From: a virus
Direction: 5' to 3' (one strand)
DNA length: 64,000 nucleotides
Virus record (IMG/VR): IMGVR_UViG_3300012009_000091
Span: 32,001-96,000 of that record
Below, piece after piece: positions 9,062-18,236 of this stretch. The notes under the pieces are model-generated. The model saw only the letters and a list, made by a program, of their open reading frames with translations. It was not told the origin of the DNA and searched no databases. The first letter of the stretch is position 1, and every line of letters starts with the position of its first letter. The position numbers and the translations under genes were made by a program.

Positions 9062-10357
9062 TCAGTCCCTCTCGTAGAGCTTATCTTGTGGTTTTTTCCG
9101 TCGTCTTCTCCTTGGACTAGTGTCTGATGATGACTTCTGAATTCTCGGGTCGTCGTAAGGAATCTCTGCTAAATTGGTGCAGGGTTCCCACGCTGTGTAC
9201 CAGTCGTCGACGTCTGCTTCTCTGGCAGCACGTACCTCAAATTTTCGGTAGCCTTGCTTCTTATATAGTTCGACGTAGATCACGGCGTCCACTACTTGTC
9301 CGATTTGGCTGGACTCGCCGACCTCTTTCTCTGTGTTTGCTTGTGTAGAAAGGATGATCGGTATGTCTTGTTTGCGGGAGAACTTTTTCAACCGTTTGCA
9401 GATGGCGCCCAATAGATGGCGTAATTCTTTATATCCGCTGAACCCGTCCATGTAGATATATTGCATCTGATCAATCAAGACTATGTCTGGTGTCACCTCT
9501 TCGATGATCCCCTCAACAGAGTCGACGGACATGGTTGCTTCATCATCTCCGCTGTCGTAGATGATGAAGTTCTTCATTTCCGAGAATGATGTAATAACCT
9601 GCAAGAGTTTAAGTCGGTTTTGTTCTGCCGCTGGACTGTCACCGAGGAACAGTTCGCGAGTTCGAAATTCTCGGTAGGGGAACTGTCCTCGAATGGCGTG
9701 GGTACGATCGGTAAGAGTTGAAGCTCGCATTTCCGCAGGTGAGATGAGGAGTACGCGGTATCCTTTCCATGACATGTATTCTGCGATCTCGAGTAGAGCG
9801 AATGTCTTGCCTTGCTTTTTCAAACCGTAGAAGACAAAGACTTCTCCGCCGTGAATGCCGAGAGTGGCATGTTGTAGTGTTTTCCATGGAAGAGGTATGG
9901 ACGTTTCCATTGCGTCTAGAGAAATGCGGCGCTCGAACTCTGCGTCCGCATGAGATCCGACAGTATACAGAGGGGTCTTTCCAAATTTCGCACTCAAAGC
10001 ACTGAACTCACGCGCAAGTTTGCGCGCAGCCTCTTGTGGTGTGTATTGCATCAGCAAGTCTTCTGAGCGCAACTGTAGATCTCGATACCCGATTTCGGTT
10101 AGTTCGGCGGCGACGTGCTCACAGAGAATATCAATGTGCGTGTCGACATGATCTACTAGTTCAACATTAGGCAGGCTGCGCAACAGCGCCTGACGAGACG
10201 GTATTTCTCCTGTTGTTTGGTAGCAATAGGAAATGTACTCGAGTGCATCTTGTGCATCTGGATCAGTGAGTGCCTGCGGCGCGATGTGGTACGTACGTAG
10301 GGTACGAAGATCTCCTGTATCGATGACCCTGGTGATGAGGGCCATTTGATGACTCAT
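9062..10357 (-). CDS. dnaB: DnaB-like replicative helicase
   Basis: GLKKQGKT, AEM, LIDQMQYI, LSTQAN; adjacent to primase. Confidence 0.88.
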   Translation of the reverse strand: MSHQMALITRVIDTGDLRTLRTYHIAPQALTDPDAQDALEYISYCYQTTGEIPSRQALLRSLPNVELVDHVDTHIDILCEHVAAELTEIGYRDLQLRSEDLLMQYTPQEAARKLAREFSALSAKFGKTPLYTVGSHADAEFERRISLDAMETSIPLPWKTLQHATLGIHGGEVFVFYGLKKQGKTFALLEIAEYMSWKGYRVLLISPAEMRASTLTDRTHAIRGQFPYREFRTRELFLGDSPAAEQNRLKLLQVITSFSEMKNFIIYDSGDDEATMSVDSVEGIIEEVTPDIVLIDQMQYIYMDGFSGYKELRHLLGAICKRLKKFSRKQDIPIILSTQANTEKEVGESSQIGQVVDAVIYVELYKKQGYRKFEVRAAREADVDDWYTAWEPCTNLAEIPYDDPRIQKSSSDTSPRRRRRKKPQDKLYERD

Positions 10358-10403
10358 TCAACCCTCCGTATTGGATCATGTAAGGTACTCCGATCAGGCC
10401 TTT

Positions 10404-10700
10404 TCAAGAGTCCATGGTGATGCGGGGAGATTTGTTCTTGGGTGCCTCTTGTCCACTTTCGCCGAGTGTATTCTCCACGTCTCGCTGTACCGACTGTACG
10501 AGCTCTTTCATCTTGGCCGCTGTTTCTGGAGACCATGTTACCACCACCATCGCATCCATGAGCGCGTTGAACTCGACATCAGCCGTCGAGATCTTCACCT
10601 CCGGGATACGTACATCTACTGGCTGATCGTCCCAGTCAAATGCCGCGGTGACTCTGAAGTCGACGGATGGGATATATTTGACCTTACTACTCTTCAACAT
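10404..10700 (-). CDS. Hypothetical protein
   Basis: GGAGG before MLKSSKVKY at 10700. Confidence 0.6.
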   Translation of the reverse strand: MLKSSKVKYIPSVDFRVTAAFDWDDQPVDVRIPEVKISTADVEFNALMDAMVVVTWSPETAAKMKELVQSVQRDVENTLGESGQEAPKNKSPRITMDS

Positions 10701-11070
10701 CTTGATCCTCCATGAATGGGAAACCGCGCCGTTCGGGACGTCCATATTCTGGGATCCACCCATCTTCTAGGGCTTCTATCCAATCCAACGCCCGGTCGGC
10801 ACACAACTCGGCTAGCATACTATGAGGACCTCCGTCAAAGAAGTCTTCATCGTTGACTGCCAGTTTGGCGGACATTTCGACTGTCACCGATTGGTAGTCT
10901 CCGGTTGCCGTGAACCGAACAGTCGCGCCGATCTCATTGTTGCGGTCGGTCTTTCGCGCTATCTTATGTAGATTATCCAATCCAGGATAGTCTACTTCAG
11001 CCACTCTCGTGCCTGTGTTTCGATCTTTGAGTTCGATTCGTCCAGACCAGTAGTTTCTTCTTGTCATCAA
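10687..11070 (-). CDS. Hypothetical protein
   Basis: AGGAG RBS; overlaps both neighbours in the operon. Confidence 0.65.
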   Translation of the reverse strand: MMTRRNYWSGRIELKDRNTGTRVAEVDYPGLDNLHKIARKTDRNNEIGATVRFTATGDYQSVTVEMSAKLAVNDEDFFDGGPHSMLAELCADRALDWIEALEDGWIPEYGRPERRGFPFMEDQDVEE

Positions 11071-11621
11071 TTGTCTCCTGTCGGTTTGAATGATGCTCGC
11101 CGTGTATTCGGTTCGCGGGTGACGATCCCTGCGTCTATGAGTGCTTCTTCGTCGATCTCTCCGGCCTTGACGAGCTTCTTCCAGACGCCGCGATCGACTT
11201 TTATTTCACGTCGGAGAAGGGGCTTTCCTTTGTGTTCCATTTTGAGATCTACATGTTGCTCGAGTTTTTCCAGATCGAATGTGTAGCCGTATCCTCCAGA
11301 CGTACTTTTGCACTTCCATCCCTTGTATTCGATTGCCCTTTGTGTTTTGCGGGCGAGTTCATGGCCCCGAGCTACGAGTGTGTTTCGTCGACTGAGCAAA
11401 GTCGATTCTTGTTCTTCCCAGCTCGTAGGCGCGGGAGTGTTGGTTGAGAGGTCCTCTACTTGCTCGAGGAGATCGGGATGCTGCTTCAGCGTCTCGTAGA
11501 GCAGATGGGCCTGGTTTTTTTCCTGCTGAAGGATCGATAATTTGCCGTCTATTATGTGGATGTTGTCGATGATGCGACGTACAGATCCGGTGCCACGATC
11601 CATTTTCATCGTTGTCTTCAT
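11067..11621 (-). CDS. Hypothetical coiled-coil protein
   Basis: AGGAG before MKTTMKMD at 11621. Confidence 0.6.
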   Translation of the reverse strand: MKTTMKMDRGTGSVRRIIDNIHIIDGKLSILQQEKNQAHLLYETLKQHPDLLEQVEDLSTNTPAPTSWEEQESTLLSRRNTLVARGHELARKTQRAIEYKGWKCKSTSGGYGYTFDLEKLEQHVDLKMEHKGKPLLRREIKVDRGVWKKLVKAGEIDEEALIDAGIVTREPNTRRASFKPTGDN

Positions 11622-11629
11622 GGGGTCTC

Positions 11630-12382
11630 CTATACGACGTACTTGGCGACATCTTTGATGTAGCTGCTGATTTGACTGCCGGTGTATTGCGCCTGGATGT
11701 AATCCACGACCGCTTGGGCTCGAACCAGACTCCACACAAATTGGTAGTAGGGGTGCGTACCTTGAGCCAGTTTGTGGCCATTGGTGATCGATGGGTAGTC
11801 GTCAGTACGGCTGTCCAGTTTGCGGTTCACGTAGGACGGGTGCCATGTGATCATCGCTTCATATGTCAAGTTTCCCTTTACGCGACTAGGAATGGTAAAC
11901 GCGGCCACTTCTCCTCTTACACTGCCGATCGACACATTACCTAGAAGCGCTTTGGCCGCGTGGGTGCCCATAGCAATAATGAGAAGAGGGTCTACGTGGT
12001 AGATTTCTTCGTATAGTCGAGGTCGGCATGCTTTTACTTCGGCATCTGTTGGGGCGATGCTTTTTTTCCAATTGTCGTGATCGCACGGTCGACACATCAC
12101 CGCGTTGGTGATCCGAATGGAGCTTCTATCGATGTCGATAATGCTCAATACATCGTCGAGTAGCTCCCCTGATTGACCGGTAAATGGCATGCCAGTTTTC
12201 TCATCATGTCGTCCTGGGGCTTCCCCGATGATCATGATGTCGGCATTCAAATCACCTGCCCCCCAAACTGGAGGGCCTCTCCGTCTGGCCGCAATTTCGC
12301 AACGTTCACACTCTTCGTTCCAGCCCTCCTCATCCATCCAGGACTCGAACCGGTTGGGGTCCAGAATTCCTATGTTTTCCAT
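11630..12382 (-). CDS. udg: Uracil-DNA glycosylase family 4
   Basis: CERC, IIGEAPG, PFTGQSG, TNAVMCRP, TWHPSY. Confidence 0.92.
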   Translation of the reverse strand: MENIGILDPNRFESWMDEEGWNEECERCEIAARRRGPPVWGAGDLNADIMIIGEAPGRHDEKTGMPFTGQSGELLDDVLSIIDIDRSSIRITNAVMCRPCDHDNWKKSIAPTDAEVKACRPRLYEEIYHVDPLLIIAMGTHAAKALLGNVSIGSVRGEVAAFTIPSRVKGNLTYEAMITWHPSYVNRKLDSRTDDYPSITNGHKLAQGTHPYYQFVWSLVRAQAVVDYIQAQYTGSQISSYIKDVAKYVV

Positions 12383-13722
12383 GTGGTCCTCCTGATTTGA
12401 TATGCATAGCGAATACAGTTCCGTTCAAACCCACGAAAGGTGCGATTGAGCAGCGGAACGTCTGTGGGGTTGTAGGCGAAAACCATGGGTTGTTTCTTGT
12501 CAGGGTGCTCTCTGACGATTCTTCCTAGTCCTTGGATGAATCGCCGTGTCCCAGACCACGGCAGACAGATGTGTAGCGTGTCCAACTCCGGTTTATCGAG
12601 CCCTTCTGTTGCAATCGACGCGCTGGCGAGAATCGTGTCACATGTTGTGAGGATGTCTTGCCGTTTCTTTGCGTCCGTATCGCCGACGAGGACTTTTGAG
12701 TTCGGTATACGGTTGGACAAGAGACGCAACTGTTCGATTCGATCACTCAAGATTAATTGAAGTCGTCCGTTTTTTTGATTCTCTACAATGTAGTGGGTGA
12801 TAGCGTCGTTGATGCGGCTGGCCGCCACTTCGTTAATGGTGCGCGCACGTTCAGAATCTACACCAGCGTCGAAGGCAAAGATCCGCCGCTTCGCCAATGC
12901 GGATAATTGCGCTTCGACATCTACGATAGTGACCATCGGGTCTAGATCCGTCTCTTCACTTCGATAGATGACGCGGCCGATATGGTTCAAGAAAACTCTT
13001 TCTCGACCGGCCATCGCCACTGTTGCGCTGAGACCAACTCGAACACCGTTGCAGATTGGAAGGGCATGTCGAAATGATCGGCCTTGATAGTGGTGAACCT
13101 CATCGTAAATGGCCAATCCGAATTGCCCGCTGAGGTGTAGGCTTTTATCTCGATTGCGGGATAAAGATTGAGCCATACCGACTACCAGATCTTTTCCTTG
13201 CCAGGTCCACTTCCCTCGCTCCCCACCGATGCTCCCGATCTTCTCTTCTGGAAGCCCCATGAGTTGGACAGCCCCTTTTATCCATTGCGATTGGATAATG
13301 GCTGTGTTTACCACTACGAGTGTTGGAACTGCGTAGTGTTGCATGAGTTGATATCCAACGGCCGTCTTTCCTGTGCCTGGCGGTAACTCGATGATACCTC
13401 CTCCAGCTTCGAGGAGACAGTCAATTGCCTCGGCTTGTACGCGCTGAGCCCGCACTGATTTGGCGCCTTGTGGGCTTACGGAGCGCGTACAAGCCGCAAA
13501 GGCCACGGGGACTGGCGGATCCAGTCGATCTACTGGCAGACTGAGCTGCGCCATTGTTTCGTCTGTCAGTAACTCACGAGGTACTGCCCACACATCCCCC
13601 AGATCCCGGAATTCTTGAATGACCGTGTTGTCTGGATAAACACACGCTGCTTTGCGTTTCAAGAAGTGCGGATTGAGGGATCCTTTGGGAAAGTAGGCCC
13701 ATGACCCTTTGATGACCTTCAT
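12370..13722 (-). CDS. Superfamily 2 DExH helicase
   Basis: PPGTGKT, DEVHH, GLSAT, EGLDKPELD, QGLGRIVR. Confidence 0.92.
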   Translation of the reverse strand: MKVIKGSWAYFPKGSLNPHFLKRKAACVYPDNTVIQEFRDLGDVWAVPRELLTDETMAQLSLPVDRLDPPVPVAFAACTRSVSPQGAKSVRAQRVQAEAIDCLLEAGGGIIELPPGTGKTAVGYQLMQHYAVPTLVVVNTAIIQSQWIKGAVQLMGLPEEKIGSIGGERGKWTWQGKDLVVGMAQSLSRNRDKSLHLSGQFGLAIYDEVHHYQGRSFRHALPICNGVRVGLSATVAMAGRERVFLNHIGRVIYRSEETDLDPMVTIVDVEAQLSALAKRRIFAFDAGVDSERARTINEVAASRINDAITHYIVENQKNGRLQLILSDRIEQLRLLSNRIPNSKVLVGDTDAKKRQDILTTCDTILASASIATEGLDKPELDTLHICLPWSGTRRFIQGLGRIVREHPDKKQPMVFAYNPTDVPLLNRTFRGFERNCIRYAYQIRRTTWKT

Positions 13723-14219
13723 TTGATGTCCTTCTTAGTGAGCCAGTCATTTGTCAGTACCATCAAGCCGACTCCGTATGCTCCGTTCAGGAGCGCTTTT
13801 GTTTTATCGGCGATCCGGGCTTCCATCGGTCGTTTGCGCTCCGCGGGTTTCGACCGGCCGGTGAACAGTGTACTACTGATGTCCAGCAGAGTCTCGCGGT
13901 TCACCATTCGCTGGACCCGCCTTCTTCTTTTCTGATACTCGAACTCTTCGGCGTCCAGTTCATCCACCTCTTCTTCTTCGTCCTCCTCGTCCTCCTCGTC
14001 CTTCGCGTCCACAAGGACGTCTCCGTATTCTTCTTCCAGTAGGGCAAGCTCTTCCTCTAACTCGCGTTCCTTTTTTCTTTTGCGCCTTCGCCTGTGTGCT
14101 AGAGTCTCTCGAACAGATCGTCGATGTCGTTTTCGGCGACGTCTCTTCTGGGGACTTTCTTCGTTTTCGTCAAGGGCATCTGTGTCGTCTCCATACTTCG
14201 ACGTGTACCAGTCATTCAT
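13719..14219 (-). CDS. Highly charged protein with alternating Arg/Lys and Asp/Glu tracts
   Basis: GGAGG RBS; first gene of the minus-strand operon. Confidence 0.7.
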   Translation of the reverse strand: MNDWYTSKYGDDTDALDENEESPQKRRRRKRHRRSVRETLAHRRRRKRKKERELEEELALLEEEYGDVLVDAKDEEDEEDEEEEVDELDAEEFEYQKRRRRVQRMVNRETLLDISSTLFTGRSKPAERKRPMEARIADKTKALLNGAYGVGLMVLTNDWLTKKDIK

Positions 14220-14250
14220 AGCGTCGTAACCTCCGGTTTAGGTGCTGCCA

Positions 14251-14257
14251 CTTATAC
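14251..14257 (-). promoter_or_regulatory. GTATAAG motif, candidate phage-RNAP promoter for the replication operon
   Basis: 32 nt upstream of ATG 14219; the same heptamer lies upstream of other non-structural units. Confidence 0.7.
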
Positions 14258-14271
14258 GGAGTGTCCACTCG

Positions 14272-14300
14272 TTGACGCCCCTGATTTCTCAGGGTAAGCT
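14272..14300 (+). promoter_or_regulatory. Sigma70-type promoter for the first virion operon
   Basis: TTGACG (14272-14277), 17-nt spacer, TAAGCT (14295-14300), then GGAGG and ATG 14326. Confidence 0.7.
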
Positions 14301-14325
14301 GGGGATCGAATAACGGAGGATAGTC

Positions 14326-15429
14326 ATGCTTCAAGTAGATCCTTACGACGATAATCGAGAGCGGTTGAATCAACTTCCAGTCGAACTACGTGATGAATTG
14401 CTCAAAACAGGAGCAGATTTGACGTCGACACTCAATTCTCTTCCAGATGTTGACTTTGCTTTGGTCGTAGTGGCTCCCGGTGAGGACAATCGGATTCATA
14501 AGTTTCGGAAGTTTGCGTGTGTGGATGAGGGAAACACAGCCCAGTCCGTGTGGTACTTTTTACAGACGCGCAATCATCTGCCGGATGAGATGCGGAAGGT
14601 GGCTGCACAAAATCTTTTGCGAAGTGCGCGGGATTTTGAGCTCACCCCACCGCCCGATTTGGTGCTGTTGGCCGAAGAGGAAGATCCTTTGCCCGTCACC
14701 AATGTTGTTATCTCCTCTATGGACAAGATCGCGTCGTTTCTTCCTCCGCCAGAAACGGTGGAAAAGATCGCGTCCGAACCTGTTCCTGTGATCAACTGCA
14801 AAGAAGATGTCTTCGACGCTCTTGCTTACTACCACGACAACGCCTTTGCTTTGGATGGGTGGGAAAAGCAAGCACTGGCCCGTCTGCTCGTTCCAGCGGC
14901 CGAAAGATTCGAGGTATCTGTGCCGACGGAGATCGAAAAGCGCGCGGCAGATACCTATGCCGCGGATCTGGTGGAAGCCGTTGTGTGTCGTCAGGTTATG
15001 TTGGCTCCTGAGGATGACTCAGAAGAGTCTTTCCAGAAGGTCGCTCATGTGAACGGCCAGTATCAAAGTCTACTGTGGAGCCGAGCTGATATGGGCCCTA
15101 CCGAATTCGCGCATGAACTTGATCGGATCGACAGTCTGGCTCAACTAGACGGATTTGTTCCAGATGCGGTGTATTCGACCTTCGGGAAGGTTGCGCAAAC
15201 TCAGCCAGATCCTATTTTTGATAACGGGGTCAACAAGCTTTATGAGGACGAGCTCGTCTGGTTTTGTCAGAGCTATCCCAAGATGGTGGAAAACCAATTC
15301 GGAGAGGAGCTTGCAACCGCCATTCTGAAGAAGCCCGTTGTGATTTTTCAATCCCTACCGAAGCCAGTTCAGGTCGCGTTAGCTCGTCTGATTGCTCAGA
15401 AGAAGTCTGAGTACGGGGTTCAACTGTGA
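14326..15429 (+). CDS. Probable head/core protein with multiple KxA motifs
   Basis: RKVAA, DKIAS, EKIAS, EKRAA, QKVAH, GKVAQ; first gene of the virion operon. Confidence 0.6.
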   Translation: MLQVDPYDDNRERLNQLPVELRDELLKTGADLTSTLNSLPDVDFALVVVAPGEDNRIHKFRKFACVDEGNTAQSVWYFLQTRNHLPDEMRKVAAQNLLRSARDFELTPPPDLVLLAEEEDPLPVTNVVISSMDKIASFLPPPETVEKIASEPVPVINCKEDVFDALAYYHDNAFALDGWEKQALARLLVPAAERFEVSVPTEIEKRAADTYAADLVEAVVCRQVMLAPEDDSEESFQKVAHVNGQYQSLLWSRADMGPTEFAHELDRIDSLAQLDGFVPDAVYSTFGKVAQTQPDPIFDNGVNKLYEDELVWFCQSYPKMVENQFGEELATAILKKPVVIFQSLPKPVQVALARLIAQKKSEYGVQL

Positions 15430-16235
15430 CGAAGGACGCCAAACCGGAAGTTCGTGTTCTGACGATCCACGGCTGGTTGGACGATCTGGATACTCTTTTC
15501 CAGGATGTCCCCGAAGGGACAGTAGATGATTTTGAGATCGACGAAGATCCTGATGAGGATCTCGATCCAGGCGTGCCCGAAGTAGTCACTACAACGTTTA
15601 CGTTGACAGATCTAGAACCGACCACCCTTCTTTTTATTCTCCGACATCAATTCGGAAAAGATTGGTGGCAGCAAGATCGAGAAGCTCTGTTTGAGCTACT
15701 ACGCACTATCGGGCAGACGGTGGATGAGCCTGACAAAGACGCTATTCGTGCGCTGCAACTTCTTCATGTGGATGAGGCGTTTTGGACAGAGTGGGAAGTA
15801 TTTAACTGGATCACGCAGGGGCTGACCGACGGACAAGTCGATTTCACCAATCTGCCTGTTCTCTCGCTGAAAGACATCATGCGATCGATGTTGATGGCCA
15901 TGATCGTAGCACAGAGTCAAAAGGTAGAAGCACATTACAGCGAGGAGACTCTCTCGTACATTGCTGCAACGTGCGTGGAGCACGGTCTTTGGGCTTTGCC
16001 CTTCCCTATGGATGTGGCACAATCCCGCATTCAGCAGATCTTGAAGTGGCGGGGAGCGTCGGATCTGCCTATTGGTCACGTGAAGCAGCTCGTCAAAGAG
16101 AGTGCGACTCCTACGCCCGTAGACGAAGTGTCTACGCAAGCGTACCGATTCCGACTCCTCTTGGATTTTGCCATTCAAGGTCTGAAAGAGACGAAGTCGG
16201 AAATTGACGCTTACAGAGACGCAGTCAAGGAATAG
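15426..16235 (+). CDS. Hypothetical virion-module protein
   Basis: GTGA overlap with the upstream gene; precedes the portal candidate. Confidence 0.65.
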   Translation: MTKDAKPEVRVLTIHGWLDDLDTLFQDVPEGTVDDFEIDEDPDEDLDPGVPEVVTTTFTLTDLEPTTLLFILRHQFGKDWWQQDREALFELLRTIGQTVDEPDKDAIRALQLLHVDEAFWTEWEVFNWITQGLTDGQVDFTNLPVLSLKDIMRSMLMAMIVAQSQKVEAHYSEETLSYIAATCVEHGLWALPFPMDVAQSRIQQILKWRGASDLPIGHVKQLVKESATPTPVDEVSTQAYRFRLLLDFAIQGLKETKSEIDAYRDAVKE

Positions 16236-16238
16236 AAT

Positions 16239-18236
16239 ATGTTCGGATCTTCGGCCAGTCTTTCCTCTCCGATGACCCAGCGGCATAATACACGCGGCTC
16301 TGGGCGAATCGGGATTAACTACCCGAACCCCTTCTTTGATTTGTCGCAGATTTACCTACCCCAGAACATGCGCTCGTTGTTCAAGTGGTGTAGATACTAT
16401 GCACTCACGTACGGGCCCATTTTCGCGTTTGTCACCAAGATGGCCTCGTACGCATTGACTCGGTTAGTATGGGGAAGTGATGCCCAGGCAGACCCTGAAA
16501 GGAGGGCTAATCAGAATCTAGCGACGCAGTGGAAAGATTTCTTTGAAGATACGCTGCAGATCTACAAGGCGTGTTATCGAGGTGGGCTGCATTACTGGAC
16601 GTACGGTAATTGGTACTTGTCTATTCACTATCCGTTTGATCGGTGGCTCGCCTGTCCTTCATGTAAACATGAGATGCTGGCGAGAAGATTCCCCAAGAAG
16701 GGGTATCGGTGGCATAGTTACAAGTTCCACGGTAGGTGTACAGCATGCGGATCTGATGTGACTTTCAAAGTCAAGGATGTGCCAGTCCGTTCAAGCAAAC
16801 GCATCAAGCTCAAGCTGTGGAATCCCGAACGTGTGTATCCAGTCGTCAATGAAGCGACGGACGATGTGGAATACTACTATAAGCCGACTCAACAGCTCAT
16901 CAAACGTATCGATCGAGGCGATCGGAAAGTCGTAGAAACTACGCCTTGGCCTTTTATTCAAGCGGCTAAGAAAAATAAAGACGGGTTGGTCAAGTTCAAC
17001 AATCGGAACTTCTTGCACATCTCCGCTCCATCACCCGACGGAAACGAGACGGGGATGGGGCACCCGCCGATACTAGCGGCCATCAAGGATGTGTTTCACT
17101 TACAGTTGATGAAGAGGGCACAGGAGGCTAATGCTGTAGAGCGGACTATTCCTCTTACCGTAGTGCACCCTCTCCCGATGGGAGATGATACGATCAATCC
17201 TCTTCAGTCCACGAATTTAGTCAACTTGATGGACTTCCTCAAAGATGAGGTGGCGATCGCGCGCCGAGATCCCAACTACATTCCATTTTCTCCTCTTCCT
17301 GTCGGCACGTCGCATATCTGGGGAGAAGGGAAGAATCTCCTCCTCGTCCCGGAGATTCGTGGGTGGACCGAGTTGATTGCAGCTGATCTCGCGGTGCCCA
17401 TTGAGTTTATGTTTGGCGGGATGCAATGGTCAGGGTCCAACGTCAGCTTGCGTATGCTCGAGAATCAGATCCTGACTTTCACGACTGGGTACAAGCAGGT
17501 CACTAGGTTCGTCACCAAAGCTGTGGCTAGATTCTTATGGTGGCCTGAGTGTCCGCATGACTGGACTCCGTTCAAAATGGCCGATGACATACAGCTCAAG
17601 CAGCACATGTTGATGTTGTCGCAGCTGAACAAGATTGGTGATTCTACTCTACTCTCTCACTTCGGGAAGAACCCTGTCGATGAAAAAGCCGACATCGAAG
17701 CTAGCATGAAGCAAGCGAATCGCATCGCAAAAGATCAGTTGCTTGCTCAAGCGGAGGCTCAGGTTGAGGCCATGGAGATGCAGCAGAATGCTCAGATGGA
17801 GATGCAGCAACAGCAGAGTACGGGACTTCCTACCGAAACCAGTCAGGCTGCGGCGGGAGCGCCACCTCCTGTGCAAGAGGAGGAATCACAAGAGGAGTTT
17901 GCATATCGTATGGCGGAGCAGCTTGTGAATCAGTCTGAAGATGTGATCCAGCAGACGTTACAACAGGTGTCTGCTCAGTCTCCAGAATTAGCTCAGTTCA
18001 TCTATCAGTTGATTCAACAGCTTCGCGCGGAGACGCAGCAGCCTGTGCAATATGGTCAGCAGCCTGCCCAACAGCCTGCCCAACAGCCTGCTATGGGCGG
18101 ATACAATCAAGCTCAGGTTGTTAGCGGTCCAGAAGGCCAGCTACATCAACAATATGCAGCATCGACTCGACAGATGATGCAGCCTCAACCGCAGATGCGT
18201 CCTCCACAGCGGGGACCTGCTAGTACAGCAATCTGA
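16239..18236 (+). CDS. Probable portal protein with zinc-ribbon insert and Gln-rich tail
   Basis: Portal-like layout (YGNWYL, WNPERV, GHPPIL, LAVPIEFM); CPSC/CTAC insert. Assigned from pattern and context. Confidence 0.65.
   Translation: MFGSSASLSSPMTQRHNTRGSGRIGINYPNPFFDLSQIYLPQNMRSLFKWCRYYALTYGPIFAFVTKMASYALTRLVWGSDAQADPERRANQNLATQWKDFFEDTLQIYKACYRGGLHYWTYGNWYLSIHYPFDRWLACPSCKHEMLARRFPKKGYRWHSYKFHGRCTACGSDVTFKVKDVPVRSSKRIKLKLWNPERVYPVVNEATDDVEYYYKPTQQLIKRIDRGDRKVVETTPWPFIQAAKKNKDGLVKFNNRNFLHISAPSPDGNETGMGHPPILAAIKDVFHLQLMKRAQEANAVERTIPLTVVHPLPMGDDTINPLQSTNLVNLMDFLKDEVAIARRDPNYIPFSPLPVGTSHIWGEGKNLLLVPEIRGWTELIAADLAVPIEFMFGGMQWSGSNVSLRMLENQILTFTTGYKQVTRFVTKAVARFLWWPECPHDWTPFKMADDIQLKQHMLMLSQLNKIGDSTLLSHFGKNPVDEKADIEASMKQANRIAKDQLLAQAEAQVEAMEMQQNAQMEMQQQQSTGLPTETSQAAAGAPPPVQEEESQEEFAYRMAEQLVNQSEDVIQQTLQQVSAQSPELAQFIYQLIQQLRAETQQPVQYGQQPAQQPAQQPAMGGYNQAQVVSGPEGQLHQQYAASTRQMMQPQPQMRPPQRGPASTAI
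18060..18092 (+). repeat. 12-bp tandem repeat encoding QQPA x3
   Basis: CAGCCTGCCCAA units in the portal C-terminus. Confidence 0.75.
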
